Source of the DNA: Octopus vulgaris
Lineage: Eukaryota
Assembly (NCBI GenBank): GCA_951406725.2
Contig: OX597832.1
Span: 61,442,001 to 61,506,000, forward strand
Direction of reading: 5' to 3'
DNA: 64,000 nucleotides
The notes beneath the pieces are model-generated. The model made no database searches, was not told the origin of the DNA, and saw only the letters and a program-made list of their open reading frames with translations. Of this stretch, positions 12,480 through 24,765 are shown piece after piece. Both the position numbers and the translations under genes were made by a program. How positions within the stretch are numbered: position 1 is the stretch's first letter; the number at the start of each line of letters is the position of its first letter.

Positions 12480-13114
12480 GTTTCTACTGAAATTAGAGGG
12501 AAGGGATTAAGTCGATTAGATCGACCCCAGTACTCAACTGGTAGTTATTTTATCGACCCCGAAAGGATGAAAGACAAAGTCGACTACGGCGAAATATGAA
12601 TTCAGAACGTAAAGACGGACGAAATGCCTGTTAGCATTTTGCCCGTCGTGCTAACCATTCTGCCAGCTCGCTGCCTTTAATAGTCATAATTATTTCAAAG
12701 TTTTGCTACAAGGGCAGCTTTGGAGAGATGTTCGACCCCAGTGTTCAACTGGTACTTATTTTATCGACCCCGAAAGGATGAAAGACAAAGTCGACTACGG
12801 CGAAATATGAATTCAGAACGTAAAGACGGACGAAATGCCTGTTAGCATTTTGCCCGTCGTGCTAACCATTCTGCCAGCTCGCTGCCTTTAATAGTCATAA
12901 TTATTTCAAAGTTTTGCTACAAGGGCAGCTTTGGAGAGATGTTCGACCCCAGTGTTCAACTGGTACTTATTTTATCGATCCCGAAAGAATGAAAGGCAAA
13001 TTCGACTTTGGAGGAATTTGAACTAAGAACGACGAGGCAGACAAAACATCGCTAAGTATTTCGTCCAGCATGCTAACGAATCTGCCAGCTTGCCGCCTTC
13101 ACAACAACAACAAC

Positions 13115-13154
<40 letters not shown>

Positions 13155-13390
13155 TTAATAATAAAAATAATAATAACAATCCTTTCTATTATAGACGCAA
13201 GGCCTGGGTTGTCTAGGGAGGGGGACAGTCGTTCACATCGACCCCAGTATTCAACTGGTACTTAATTTATCGGCCCCAAAGAAAAAAGTCAACCTCGGCG
13301 GGATTTCAACTCAGAACATAGCGACGAACAACATACCCATAAGCATTTTGTCCGGCATGCTAACGATTCTGCCAGATCCCTCGCCTTAAT
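12480..13390 (-). mobile_element. Array of four SINE family 2 copies, including a 211-bp tandem duplication
   Basis: gta(g/c)ttattttatcga recurs at 12541, 12752 and 12963 (period 211). A fourth copy lies at 13180-13390. Confidence 0.88.
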
Positions 13391-13689
13391 AAGAATAATT
13401 AATAACGATGATGATGATGATGATGATGATGAAGAAAAGGAGGATGAGGACGAAGGGGAGCGTGAAGGTTGTTGTTGGTGGTGGGGGCATGGTGATGATG
13501 ATACTGGCCAATTATAGAAAAATAAAAGTCATTATTAATAATCTACGTTTGATATTTGCAAAACTTTATAAACAGACCTAATCAATATGTCACGTGATTA
13601 GATATTATCGACAATGCAACACACACAAACACGCACACACACATATATACATATACATACATGCATACATACATACATACATACATACG

Positions 13690-13786
<97 letters not shown>

Positions 13787-14132
13787 GCGCACAGAGACTG
13801 CGAGTGAGAGAAGTTCTGATGATGTTTGATATATGGAAGACATACAAACTGTATCAGTAGATCGGCAAGTTTCATCTGGATGGTTGCGTAGCCTCTACGT
13901 CTGTTTGTAAATGCGTTTATGTTTACTAAATATTCAAATATTTGGTTGTAATTTGATTTAATTTTCAGCTTTTCAGCTCAGATGAAGCCGAGAGAGATTG
14001 ACAAAATGATATGGCTTTAGATGGAAACAGATCAATATATGTATGTATGTATGTATGTATGTATTTATGTATGTGTGTGTATGTATACATATGAAAATAT
14101 TACATATGAATATGTCTGTGGTGTGCGTACCC

Positions 14133-14169
<37 letters not shown>

Positions 14170-14232
14170 CATTTTCACGTACGTATGCATTTATGTATAT
14201 ATACAGAATGTAAGATAGACAGACAGACAGAC

Positions 14233-14281
<49 letters not shown>

Positions 14282-14680
14282 CATATACATATATGTACAT
14301 ATAAATATATTTGAATATTTGTGTGATTGTATATACATATATGTGTGTATGTATATAAATGTAGATAGATAGATATACATATATGTACATATAAATACAT
14401 TTGTATATTTGTGTGCGTGTGTATATATATCTATCTATCTATCTATATATATATATATATATAATGCTTTTAATAATAACGTATGCTGATTATCAAACTT
14501 GTACAAATATAGATGTATATCTATCTATCTTTCTCCGTACCTATTTACATCTTTCTTTCTCCATCCCCCTCACTCACTCTCTCTCTCTCTCTCTCTCTCT
14601 CGCTCGCTCTTTCATTCTGTCTATTCATGCACACGTATTCATATATTGGAATCTATATTTCTCCACATTTAGAATTGTGA

Positions 14681-14762
<82 letters not shown>

Positions 14763-15026
14763 ATTATGTATTTTTCTATATGCGTATGTATACGCATAAA
14801 CAAAACCAGAATATAAATAATTATTGAAATGAGAAGTTACTCTCAGTAATCAGAGTTCCGTGTAATACATACAAAAACCCATCCATGCATCCATCCATCC
14901 ATTCATCTGTCCATACATAACATGAGTGTGTGAGTTTATGTAAATACATACGTGTGTGTGTGTGTCTGTGCGTGTGGCCCCATGCATACATATGTTCTAT
15001 CATATGATTATCGCATTATCTTCCCT

Positions 15027-15221
15027 ATGCAAATCCAATATCGTAAATCGTTAATTAGCATGAAATTTCATTGACTAAACGGTTAGAAACAATGTTTCAT
15101 TGTCGGCCAATCAATGAAGTTCAAAAGTCGGCTGCTAATCGTTTTATCTGGGATGGATTCTGACGTCACCACAAATTATATACAGCGGTTCCTCACACAG
15201 ACACAAGGCCATGCATATGCA

Positions 15222-15224
<3 letters not shown>
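15027..15224. promoter_or_regulatory. Candidate cis-regulatory island (octamer, CCAAT, Sox, CRE, TATA-like)
   Basis: ATGCAAAT at 15027 and 15217; CCAAT at 15035 and 15107; ACAATG at 15089 and CATTGT at 15098; TGACGTCA at 15161; TATATA at 15177. No repeat family was recognised here. Confidence 0.3.
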
Positions 15225-15274
<50 letters not shown>

Positions 15275-15572
15275 ATTCAAACACACACATACACTTAGAA
15301 GAGGGGTTGCTTAACAGTTGTCTTTGAGAGTATTGCAAAAATGCTTGTTGGATGCCCAACCTTCCGAGTACTTTTAGAGGGATTAGAAAAAGCTGAGGGA
15401 CCGCTACGATATGTGTTTGAATCTGCTAGGGGAATACATGTTGAATGAAATCAAGATTAACTGATCCTTCTTTTTTTCCTTTTACCCAAAGCCAGAAACA
15501 TTCAGCACCCCTCGTATGTATATACGTCTGTGTGCGCACGTGCTTGCACGTGCGTGCGCGCCTGTGTGTCTG

Positions 15573-15610
<38 letters not shown>

Positions 15611-15614
15611 TGTG

Positions 15615-15695
<81 letters not shown>

Positions 15696-15791
15696 CTATT
15701 ATGTCGGTAGTGTGAAATGTAAGCTGTATCCTTTTGAAGCAAAACTGCTGATTCCAGGATTACAATCCAGCGTGTAGCTGCTGTAGTCGTA

Positions 15792-16420
15792 TTAGGTTGT
15801 CAAGAAAGTTCTTGCAGCTTTTAACCTTTAAATTCAGATGCACATATCTCGGCTCAAACAAAACTTGAATAATTGAAATAAACATCATCAGAATCAACAC
15901 ACTTTTGCCAACACGAAACAAGCTTATTTATGCCAGTAGCATAAAAATCCGGAGTTCTGATGGCGATAAAATCGTTGAAGGCGTGTTTGGCATGGTCTTG
16001 GTTTTTGAGGCATTTCTCACGCAGGAAGTTGTCGAAATGCCTGAAAATGTGATAGTCGGTAGGCGAGAGGTCTGGTGAGGATGGCGGATGAGGAAGACTT
16101 TCGTAGCCCAATTCGTTCAACTGCTGTAGGGTCAGTTGTGCAGCCGAGTGTTGTCGTGGAGAAGAATTGGTCCTTTTCTATTGACCAATGCTGGCTGTTG
16201 TTGTCGGAGTTTCTTATGCATTTTATCCATTTGCTGACAGTACTTCTCCGCCGTAATGGTTCCGCCTGGATCCAAAAAGCCGTGATGGATGAGACCGCCA
16301 GCAGATCACCAAAAAGTCGCCATGACTTTCGAAAAGTGCCGTGTAGCTTCGTCGGCGTCCAATCACCGAGCTGAGCGTCGCCGGTTGTCGTAAAGAATTC
16401 ACTTCTCATCGCGAAACGGG
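15792..16420 (-). pseudogene. Mariner transposase 3' portion, cecropia subfamily (Hsmar1-like), frameshifted
   Basis: ORF 15854-16120 reads LPHPPSSPDLSPTDYHIFRHFDNFL...DFYATGINKLVSCWQKCVD. TA at 15790-15791 is followed by the TIR-like end ttaggttgtc. Confidence 0.9.
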
Positions 16421-16579
16421 TAGCTTTTGTTGCTTAAAAGAAGGGAATGCTTATAGTTTTAATTGTCTTTAAGTGTGCATCAAAACCGACCTGGGGTTAA
16501 AGCATAACAAAGCACCGAACTGTTCGGTGGAGTAACTGTAAATGTTACATACGGTTGTGATTCCCTAATAGCATAGGGT

Positions 16580-16865
16580 TTCCGTCTGTTACGATGATGA
16601 GCGTTCCAACTGATTCAATCAACGGAACAGTCTGCACGTGAAACTAACGTTCACGTGGCTAAGCATCACAGAGACTCGCATAACCTTAACGTTTGTTCTC
16701 AGGGAAATTCACAGAATGTGACAAGGCTGGCCGCGTTGAATTACAGGTACAATTCATTTTTATTTTTGCCAACTGTCCTGCTTATGGATACAACACGCCG
16801 CCGGGAATCGAACTCACGTCGTTACGATAGTGAGCCAAATACAATAGCCACTAAGCCACGCTCCT
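16580..16865 (-). mobile_element. tRNA-derived SINE (family 4-related tail)
   Basis: Minus-strand head gtggcttagtgg...gtgagttcgattcccgg. The tail resembles 19740-19935 and 41930-42105. Confidence 0.65.
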
Positions 16866-17520
16866 TTACTGGTTCTAAATAGATGAAAAAAGAATAACAA
16901 AAAAAAAAGAAAAACAGAGCAAAGAACCAACTGTAGCAACAGCTACTTTGTAACAGACTCTCGAGAGAAATCAATATTTGGTTGAGCAATTTAAAACGCT
17001 TAAACCATTCTATATAAAGGAACACTTTAAATAAAAATGTTTGGCAGGGAAGCCATCGCAGTTTTATAAAGGAGAAAACAAAATGTCTAGCCAGACTTTA
17101 TTGATGACGCGATAAAATCACCATAAAATATAATAGAACATGTCTGAAAATTTTTCTTGGACACACAAGTGAGGCTAAAATATGGAGACGGTGACAGTGT
17201 GTCTTGGACAGTATCCAATACGTGGCAGTTTGGAGAACAGCGATGACACTAACTGTAAAATTAAATCGGACGTTTATTAGTGCTGAAAATACTCGAACAT
17301 AAAAGCCATGTAAAGAAAGAGAGTCTTTCCGCTTCCTTTCATGTTCCGTCTGTGTTTTGCAACTTGACATGAAGAAAAATGGTGTTGTAATAATAATATG
17401 CATGTCTATGGAATATTTGAACATAATTTTGAAGGTTATTTCAGAACATTGTGGTAGTTGGAAAGAATTTAAAAAGATCACTATATTCATAATCGTATAT
17501 AAAGATCCATATATATATAT

Positions 17521-17787
17521 GGAGGCGCAATGGCCCAGTGGTTAGGGCAGCGGACTCGCGGTCATAGAATCGCGGTTTCGATTCCCAGACCAGGCGTTGT
17601 GAGTGTTTATTGAGCGAAAACACCTAAAGCTCCACGAGGCTCCAGCAGGGGATGGTGGCGATCCCTGCTGTACTCTTGGCCTGCTCGCTTAGCCAGCGGG
17701 GTGGCGTCATTTGAAGGCTAAACAATGCGAAGCGCATTGTGACCAGCGATGTGTAGCAACATCTGATAGTCTGGTCGGTCACGGTGA
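17521..17787 (+). mobile_element. tRNA(Arg)-like-headed SINE (family 3)
   Basis: A box tggcccagtggtt, anticodon-loop-like ctcgcgg, B box ggtttcgattccc, then a non-tRNA body. Flanked by TA repeats. Confidence 0.8.
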
Positions 17788-17871
17788 TATATATATATAT
17801 ATGCACTTTAAGCTAGTTAAAATATGTTCATGACATGTTTTAACTTGTAAAGACAAATTCACTGCAGTTGA

Positions 17872-18203
17872 AGGCGCTGAACTCAGTAGTTAGAGCGTCG
17901 GGCTCACAATCACGAGGTAGTAAGTTCGATTCCCAGTCCGGGCTGTGTGTTGGGCTCTTGAGCAAGACAATTTATTTGACGTTGCTCCGGTTCACTCAGC
18001 TGTAGAAATGAGTTGCGACCTAACTGGTGCCAAGCTGTATTAGCCTTTGCCTTTCCCTTGGATAACATCAGTGTCGTGGAGAAAGGGAGGCTGGTATGCA
18101 TGGGTGACTGCTGGTCTTCTATAAACAACCTTGATGGGACTTGTGCCCCGTAGGGGAACTTTCTAGGTGCAATCCCATGGTCATTCGTGATCGAAGAGCA
18201 TCT
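17872..18203 (+). mobile_element. tRNA-derived SINE (family 4) with CORE-like central domain
   Basis: A and B boxes, then ttgagcaagaca.tttattt.acgttgctcc.gttcactcagctg. The tail matches 24530-24765. Confidence 0.8.
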
Positions 18204-19261
18204 TTAATTTGTACTGTGCAGATAAAAATCATCTACTACGTTAAAAGGTGTAAAACCAACATATCTATCCAGTGCTTTTTAGCCTTCCACAACAGGAAAC
18301 ACCGAAGAGCGACCACCCTGGGCAGATTCAAGGCTGTAACTTTAACTAAAAACCAATCAACAATGCTACTATTTTATTCTGACCAGGCTGTATCACTGAT
18401 GTTGACTGTTCTTTAGTTAAAACTACAGAGTTGAATCTACCAAGGATTACCTGTCTTCCGTATTTTCCATTGAGGAAGGCAGAAGAATCAGAAACGTGTA
18501 TCTGGGAATCCTCTGAGGAAAGCACTTGGCACATATCGTGTTTCTACACCTTTTGTCATAAGAGAGAATTTGTTACGAACATACTTTAACTAAACTAAGG
18601 TATATATATATACACACACTGGCATGCTTCACCCTACGTTGTTAATTGGTTACAGGAGACACGACTTAAGTCGAATTAACTTGTCCCTAGGCTAGGCTAG
18701 GCCGAATTTACTTGTCTCTAGGCTAAACCGATAATAACCATTCCCAGTTCTGTACTTTATTTATAAATGTATTTTCAATAATACATAGTTAATAAATACC
18801 TATTTGAAGCTTGCAAACAATTTTTTATTTTTTAATACAGTACAGTAAAAAAAAGTAATCTAAATTTACGAATACAATTTGGCAGTGTTTACCTTGCAAT
18901 AAGACATGGTAAAATTAAAACCTTTTTTAAGCTTAGAAAACAAATTTAGTAATTATTATTATTTCGCAATATTAAAAGATCTAAATAATTTAAAATTTAC
19001 CAATATGGACATACAATTTGGTGATTTCGTTTGTTTTCATAATTTAGTTCACTAAGCTACACTACTTTATGGTGTGTATCTTAACATTTAGTGTACGTAT
19101 TTTAATATGATTTTATATGCTTTTATTCCTATTTATTGGACAGTAACATGATTTTATGTACTTCTAACGGTTTTCTAGTGATTTTACGATTCCAATATTT
19201 GTGACGGACAGACGTAAAGTAGAGTGAAATGATTTAACCTAATTTTCATTTTTCCATACAT

Positions 19262-19466
19262 TCTTTTCTACTCTAGGCAAAAGGCCCGAAATTTGTTGGG
19301 AAGGGGCCAGTCGATTAGATCGACCCAGGTAGTTAATTTATCGATTCCGAGGGGATGAAAGGCAAAGTCAATCTCGGCGGAATTTGAACTCTGAACGTAA
19401 AGACAGACGAAATACCGCTAAGCATTTCACGCAGCGTGTTAACGTTTCTGCCTGCTCACCGCCTTT
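19262..19466 (-). mobile_element. SINE family 2
   Basis: Reverse complement of the 49518-49735 sequence type. Confidence 0.85.
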
Positions 19467-19617
19467 ATTTTCCCATTTATTATTTTTGAAAACCGACGTA
19501 TAATCGAGAGCAACTTAAATCGAAACGACTTAAGCCGAGGTATGCCTGTATATATCACTAATGACCACATGAGCGTGAGCCGAATATCTCTGGTCACTGA
19601 GTCACACGCCTTCATAT

Positions 19618-19935
19618 CTGAGTGGACTGGAGCAACGTGAAATAAAGAGTCTTGTTCAAGGACACTGCGTGTCGCCGAGAATTGAACTTGTGTCCTTGAG
19701 CGAGACACTATTTCACGTTGCTCCAGTTCACTCAGCTGGAAAAATGTGTTGTGCCTTAATTCAAGGGGCCAGTCTTGTCACACTAAATGTCACGTTGAAT
19801 CTTCCTGAGAACTGCGTTAAGAGTACACATGTCCGTGAAGTGCTCAACCATTTGCACGTTAATTTCAGGAGCAAGGTGTTCCGTTGATCGGATCAGCTTC
19901 GACTCTTGCCGTCGTCACCGACAGAGTGCTCCTGC
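19618..19935 (+). mobile_element. SINE with CORE-like domain and an inverted copy at its 5' end
   Basis: 19618-19665 is the inverted counterpart of 19690-19737. Confidence 0.7.
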
Positions 19936-19937
19936 TA

Positions 19938-20020
<83 letters not shown>

Positions 20021-20037
20021 TGTATATATATCTAATA

Positions 20038-20640
20038 TAGGATAAAATTTTTCGAAAAAATTTTATCAATGGTCAGCATATTAAAAAAAATTACCTTTAA
20101 AGGTTAAATTTATAACCAATTTATAAGTAAGGGCAAAAGAAAAAAAAATCTGATACCAAAATATGCCGAAAATAGACACAACGTCAATAGCCATTATAAT
20201 TCATTACTACAAGCACGCGCCTCGAAGAAAGCCGACAGAAATTTCTAAAAAATCCCGTTATTACCATATCGGACCCGATTTCAGAGTTAGTTCATAAGAA
20301 CCTTCCCTTTATCAGTGATAAATGCGCAAATGGCTTGCCGTGCTCTCAGAACGAACTCACCACGCCATGGTTGCAGAGCGAACTACTTAACCGAGAGTCA
20401 CATCTGCGCTAAATTTTGAAATATTAAAACAATAATTTTCCATCAGTCTCTGCTTCTATTCTGAAACGGAGAAAGAGTGTTAGACAAACAAAGAAGATAT
20501 TTTAAAGGTCATAGACTTTTGTTTTGGAATATCTATTTATTCACAGAATTTATTAGTTTCTTCTCAAGACTGACAAATACCATTTATATATAACCCACTC
20601 CTTGAAACGATAAGTTTGTCGGATAAGATATATGATATAT
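20038..20640 (-). mobile_element. PLE pLTR remnant with degenerate hammerhead (20268-20319)
   Basis: Minus strand reads CTGATAA-aggg..ggttc-ttat-gaact..ctct-GAAAT-cgg-GTC. 20040-20180 is a reverse-complement homolog of 29530-29660. Confidence 0.55.
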
Positions 20641-21029
20641 ATCGATAAACAATGACGACTATATACACACAGCGACACACACACACACACACGCACACAC
20701 ATACCAACACACGTGTATGTATACATATAAAAGACAACACACTAAACACACACATACACTAAACATACACATATACACATACATACAAATACTACAAACA
20801 CAATACACATATACAAACACTACACACACACACATACACACACACTGCACACACATACACTGCACACACATATACACACACATAGAAACACTACACACCA
20901 CATACATATGCACACAGACTCACACACACTCTCTCTCACACACATACACAAACACTCGCACACACAGACTCACACATACAGACACAAACTTACATACACA
21001 CACACATGCGCGCACACATATTCTTTTAT

Positions 21030-21235
21030 TGTTATCTGTTTCAGTCATTTCACTGCGCCCATACTGGAGCACCGCCTTAAAGGGTTTTAGCCGAACAAAT
21101 TGACCCCCAGGACTTATTCTTTGTAAGCCTAGTACTTATTCTATCGGTCTCTTTTGATGAATGGATATGTTACAGAGACGTAAACACACCAACATCGGTT
21201 GCAAGCGACGGTTGGAACAAAACACACACACACAA

Positions 21236-21302
<67 letters not shown>

Positions 21303-21455
21303 CGACGGGCTTATTTCAGTTTCCCTCTACCACATTCACTCACAAGACCTTGGTCGACCCGAGGCTATAGTAGAAGACGCTGTCACAAGGTGCTACGGAG
21401 TGGGACTGAACCCCGAACCATGTGGTTTGGAAGCAAACTTCTTTCCACACAGGCA
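21030..21455 (-). mobile_element. SINE family 1, near full length, with internal CA/TA microsatellite
   Basis: Both halves match the reverse complement of 30010-30420. Confidence 0.85.
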
Positions 21456-21469
21456 TGCTTACATGCATG

Positions 21470-22680
21470 TATGCAGGATGGTCGGTTGAAACGTACATAG
21501 GCTGAAGAAGATACTCGCATGGAATGCGACCAAAAGAGGTTTATTTTTCAGCATAGTTCCCCTTGTGTTCCACACACTCCCTTCATTGCTTTTGTAGTAT
21601 TTCAATCCAATTTGTGAAGAAACTTTTATCCTGTTTCTCGAAAAATGTCTTCAACGAAGATATGACGTATTCATCACGGAGATACTTGTTCGCAGCCAAG
21701 TGTTTTTCATGTTGGGGAAGAGATGATATTCAGATGTGAGCAAATCAGGAGAATTAGAGGGGTCGATCAAAAGTTCAAAGCCAAACTCGTGCTGTTCTGC
21801 AGCCATCGAAACCAAGAGCTTGTGTGCTGGAGCATGATCCTGAGGTAACACCGCCCCTTTAGTCCTTTTTTTTCCTAGGCGTTTGCTCTTGATAGCTTTT
21901 CGTATCTGTCTTAGCAAGTTGATAGTGAGGCCCTTGATAGTGTGGTCCTTTTGAAGAGAGTCAAATTCAATGCCTTTTGCATCACCCAAAACGGAGGCCT
22001 TCATCTTCCCTACTGGTGAAACGACCTTGCCTTCTTTGGAGTAGGTGGCGAGATTTGTCTTCACTGCATGGATTGTCTCTTTGTATATGAGTCAAAGTGA
22101 TGAATCCAATAGTCATTCTGGATTGATATGTCAAGAAGGAAAACAACTGGATCTGCGTCAAACAATGTAAGATTTTCTTGTGATTTGTGCGCTTTGACGA
22201 GATGTGAGAAGACGTAACACCCACCGAGCAGAAACCTTCGTCATGCTACGTTAACTGTGCCTAATATTCTCACATCTCTCACGAGATATGCTAATACCAT
22301 TAGCTATTTGATTTATAGTCAATCACCTATCATCTATCAGCATGTGGTGAACACGATCAATGTTTTCCTCGGTGGTGGCGGTTGCAGGATGACCAGACCG
22401 TAGGTCAACTCCGTGACTCTCCCTTTCCTTCCTAAATTCAACTGCCCACTTTTGCACTGTTAATAAAGCCGGAGCGTCATCCCCCAATGTAGCAGCCGTT
22501 TCAGTGTGAATCATCTGAGGGGCGAAACCGTTTCTCTAGATACTTGATAACATCATGATGACAAATTTTGTCGATTTTGAGGAGAAATCGTTACTAGTCA
22601 CATTTGAAGTTTTCTTGACCAATCGGATATCAGTTTAACTGGAAAAGAACCATTCTAATCATTACTGAGAAGAGTTGAAA
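21470..22680 (-). pseudogene. Mariner transposon, irritans-like subfamily, near full length, decayed
   Basis: IHTE..ATLGDDAP...TVQKW..EFRK.RES...D.RSG.P.TATTEENIDRVH and QDHAPAHK...FGFELL..PSNSPDL..SEYHLFPNMK. Many stops and frameshifts. Confidence 0.88.
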
Positions 22681-22684
22681 TTAA

Positions 22685-22892
22685 TCTTTCCTATTCTAAG
22701 CACAAGGCCCGAAATTTTGGGGGAGGGGGCCAGTCAATTAGATCGACCCAGTACGCAAATGCTATTTATTTTATCGATCCCGAAAGGATAATTAGGCAAA
22801 GTCGATCTCGGCGGAATTTGAACTCAAAACATAAAGACATACGAAATACCGCTAAGCGTTTCTCCCGGTGTGCTAACGTTTCTGCCAGCTCA
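22685..22892 (-). mobile_element. SINE family 2
   Basis: gatcgaccca...cgaaagga...ggcaaagtcgatctcggcggaatttgaactca...ctgccagctc. Confidence 0.85.
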
Positions 22893-23014
22893 CGTGTACA
22901 AGATTTCACAGCTCCAGCACTCCTCCTGCGCAGTCTGCCCACCTTCGTTTCTCTCTCTCTCTATATATATATATACGCATGTACACATATATGTATACTT
23001 TTTTGCTCTTTACA

Positions 23015-23207
23015 CGTTTCAGTCATTTTCCTGCGGCCATGCTGGAGCACGCTTTTAGTCGAACAAATCGATCCCAGGACTTATTCTTTGTAAGCCTAGT
23101 ACTTATTTTATCGGTCTCTTTTGCCGAACTGCTAAATTTCGGGGACATAAACACACCATCATCGGTTGTCAAGGGAGAACAAGCACAGACACAAAGAGAC
23201 ACACACG

Positions 23208-23243
<36 letters not shown>

Positions 23244-23469
23244 CAGAGAGAGAGAGAGAGGTTGTGAGAGGTAATGGTGTCAGTTTGACCCAAATTTGTT
23301 AGGGGATGCTCAATAAGTGGTATGGAATGACCATAGTTATATTCCAGATTCGGTAATTATGCGAAAAAATTTATATATACATATATAAATATGTGAAGCA
23401 TATTTGCCATCTAAATATGGCTAACCACTAAGCTTGTATGTCACTGTAGCTTGTAGCCCCATGGGAAGG

Positions 23470-23537
<68 letters not shown>

Positions 23538-23700
23538 GACGGTATTCTTTCAGTTTCCGTCTACCAAATCCGTTCAAAAGGCTTTGGTCGGCCCAAGGCT
23601 ATAGCAGAAGAAACTTGCCCAAGGTGCCTCACAGTGGGTCTGAAGCCGAACCATGTGGTTGGGAAGCAAGCTTGGTACCACACAGCCAGGCCTGCGCCTA
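23015..23700 (-). mobile_element. SINE family 1 split by an insertion in its internal TA tract
   Basis: 3' half at 23015-23205 and 5' half at 23536-23700 in the same orientation, separated by TA tracts and ~200 bp of unrelated sequence. Confidence 0.7.
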
Positions 23701-24509
23701 TATCCAAAATCATATATGCGTCTAAATACATAGACATAGATACACACATATCCATGCACACACACGTCTTTAATCACGTATATACAGACACGTTCAAGCG
23801 CACACACACACACACACACATAAACGCACTCATACATACGTAAATACATGCACACGCACACACACGCACATACTCACGCACATACTCACGCACACGCAAA
23901 CCGTCATACTACAACATACTTCTATATATAAAATAGACTTCAAAGATGGTTTCTCGTAAATCTATTTAGTTAGAGAGTCCTCGTGATCTTAATACAATAA
24001 ACACGTCACGCCATATTGAAACACTGTGGTGATAACCAACCAATGATGTCGAATGCCAAATAAACATGTTTCTAAGAACTGTGTTTGTGTGTGTGCTTGT
24101 ATATTAATAATTGTATATCCGACAAAGTATATTTGGCTTCTCCCGAAACTGAATGAAATGTTTTGGCTCTCAGAGAACTAGGCAGTGGTGAATTCTTGGC
24201 CGACTTCTCCAGTTTCTTTGCAGATTCCATGTAAAGATATGTCTGCAAACTCTCGTTACTGGTTCGCATTGTGTGTGCCCAGAGCATTGCTGTCTTCTCA
24301 CATTTACATTTTGTTAAGAAGATTATTGACTTACTTTTAGTTTGAGATTCATCTGGTTGACTATAACTGGTCATTGAATATTGACAATACTTTTAAACAC
24401 TTTCCTTGCTCTCTTGTCCTTCGTATACAGAGGACACGTTTCCCTGGATGTTGTTTACCATAAATTATACACATTCGCAATCGCTTTGAGACCACTGGAG
24501 TAACTTAGG

Positions 24510-24765
24510 TCTTATGGAAAAGAATACTTTGTTTCACGTTGCTCCAGTTCACTCAGCTGTAGAAATGAGTTGCGACGTCACAGGTGCCAAGTTGTATCGG
24601 CCCCTTTTGCCTTTCCCTTGGATGACATCGGTGGCGTGGAGAGGGGAGGCCGGTATGCATGGGCAACTGCTGGCCTTTCATAAAACAACCTTGCTCTGAC
24701 TTGTGCCTGGGAGGGTAACTTTCTAGGTGCAATCCTATGGTCAGTCATGACCGAAGGGGGTCTTA
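24510..24765 (+). mobile_element. SINE family 4, 5'-truncated
   Basis: Matches 17965-18200. Confidence 0.8.

Noticed and set aside
12541-12975. CRISPR-like repeat array
   Set aside because: The units are whole 211-bp SINE duplicates with identical spacers, in a eukaryotic context with no cas genes.
17521-17595. tRNA gene
   Set aside because: The acceptor stem is not closed and the sequence continues into a SINE body.
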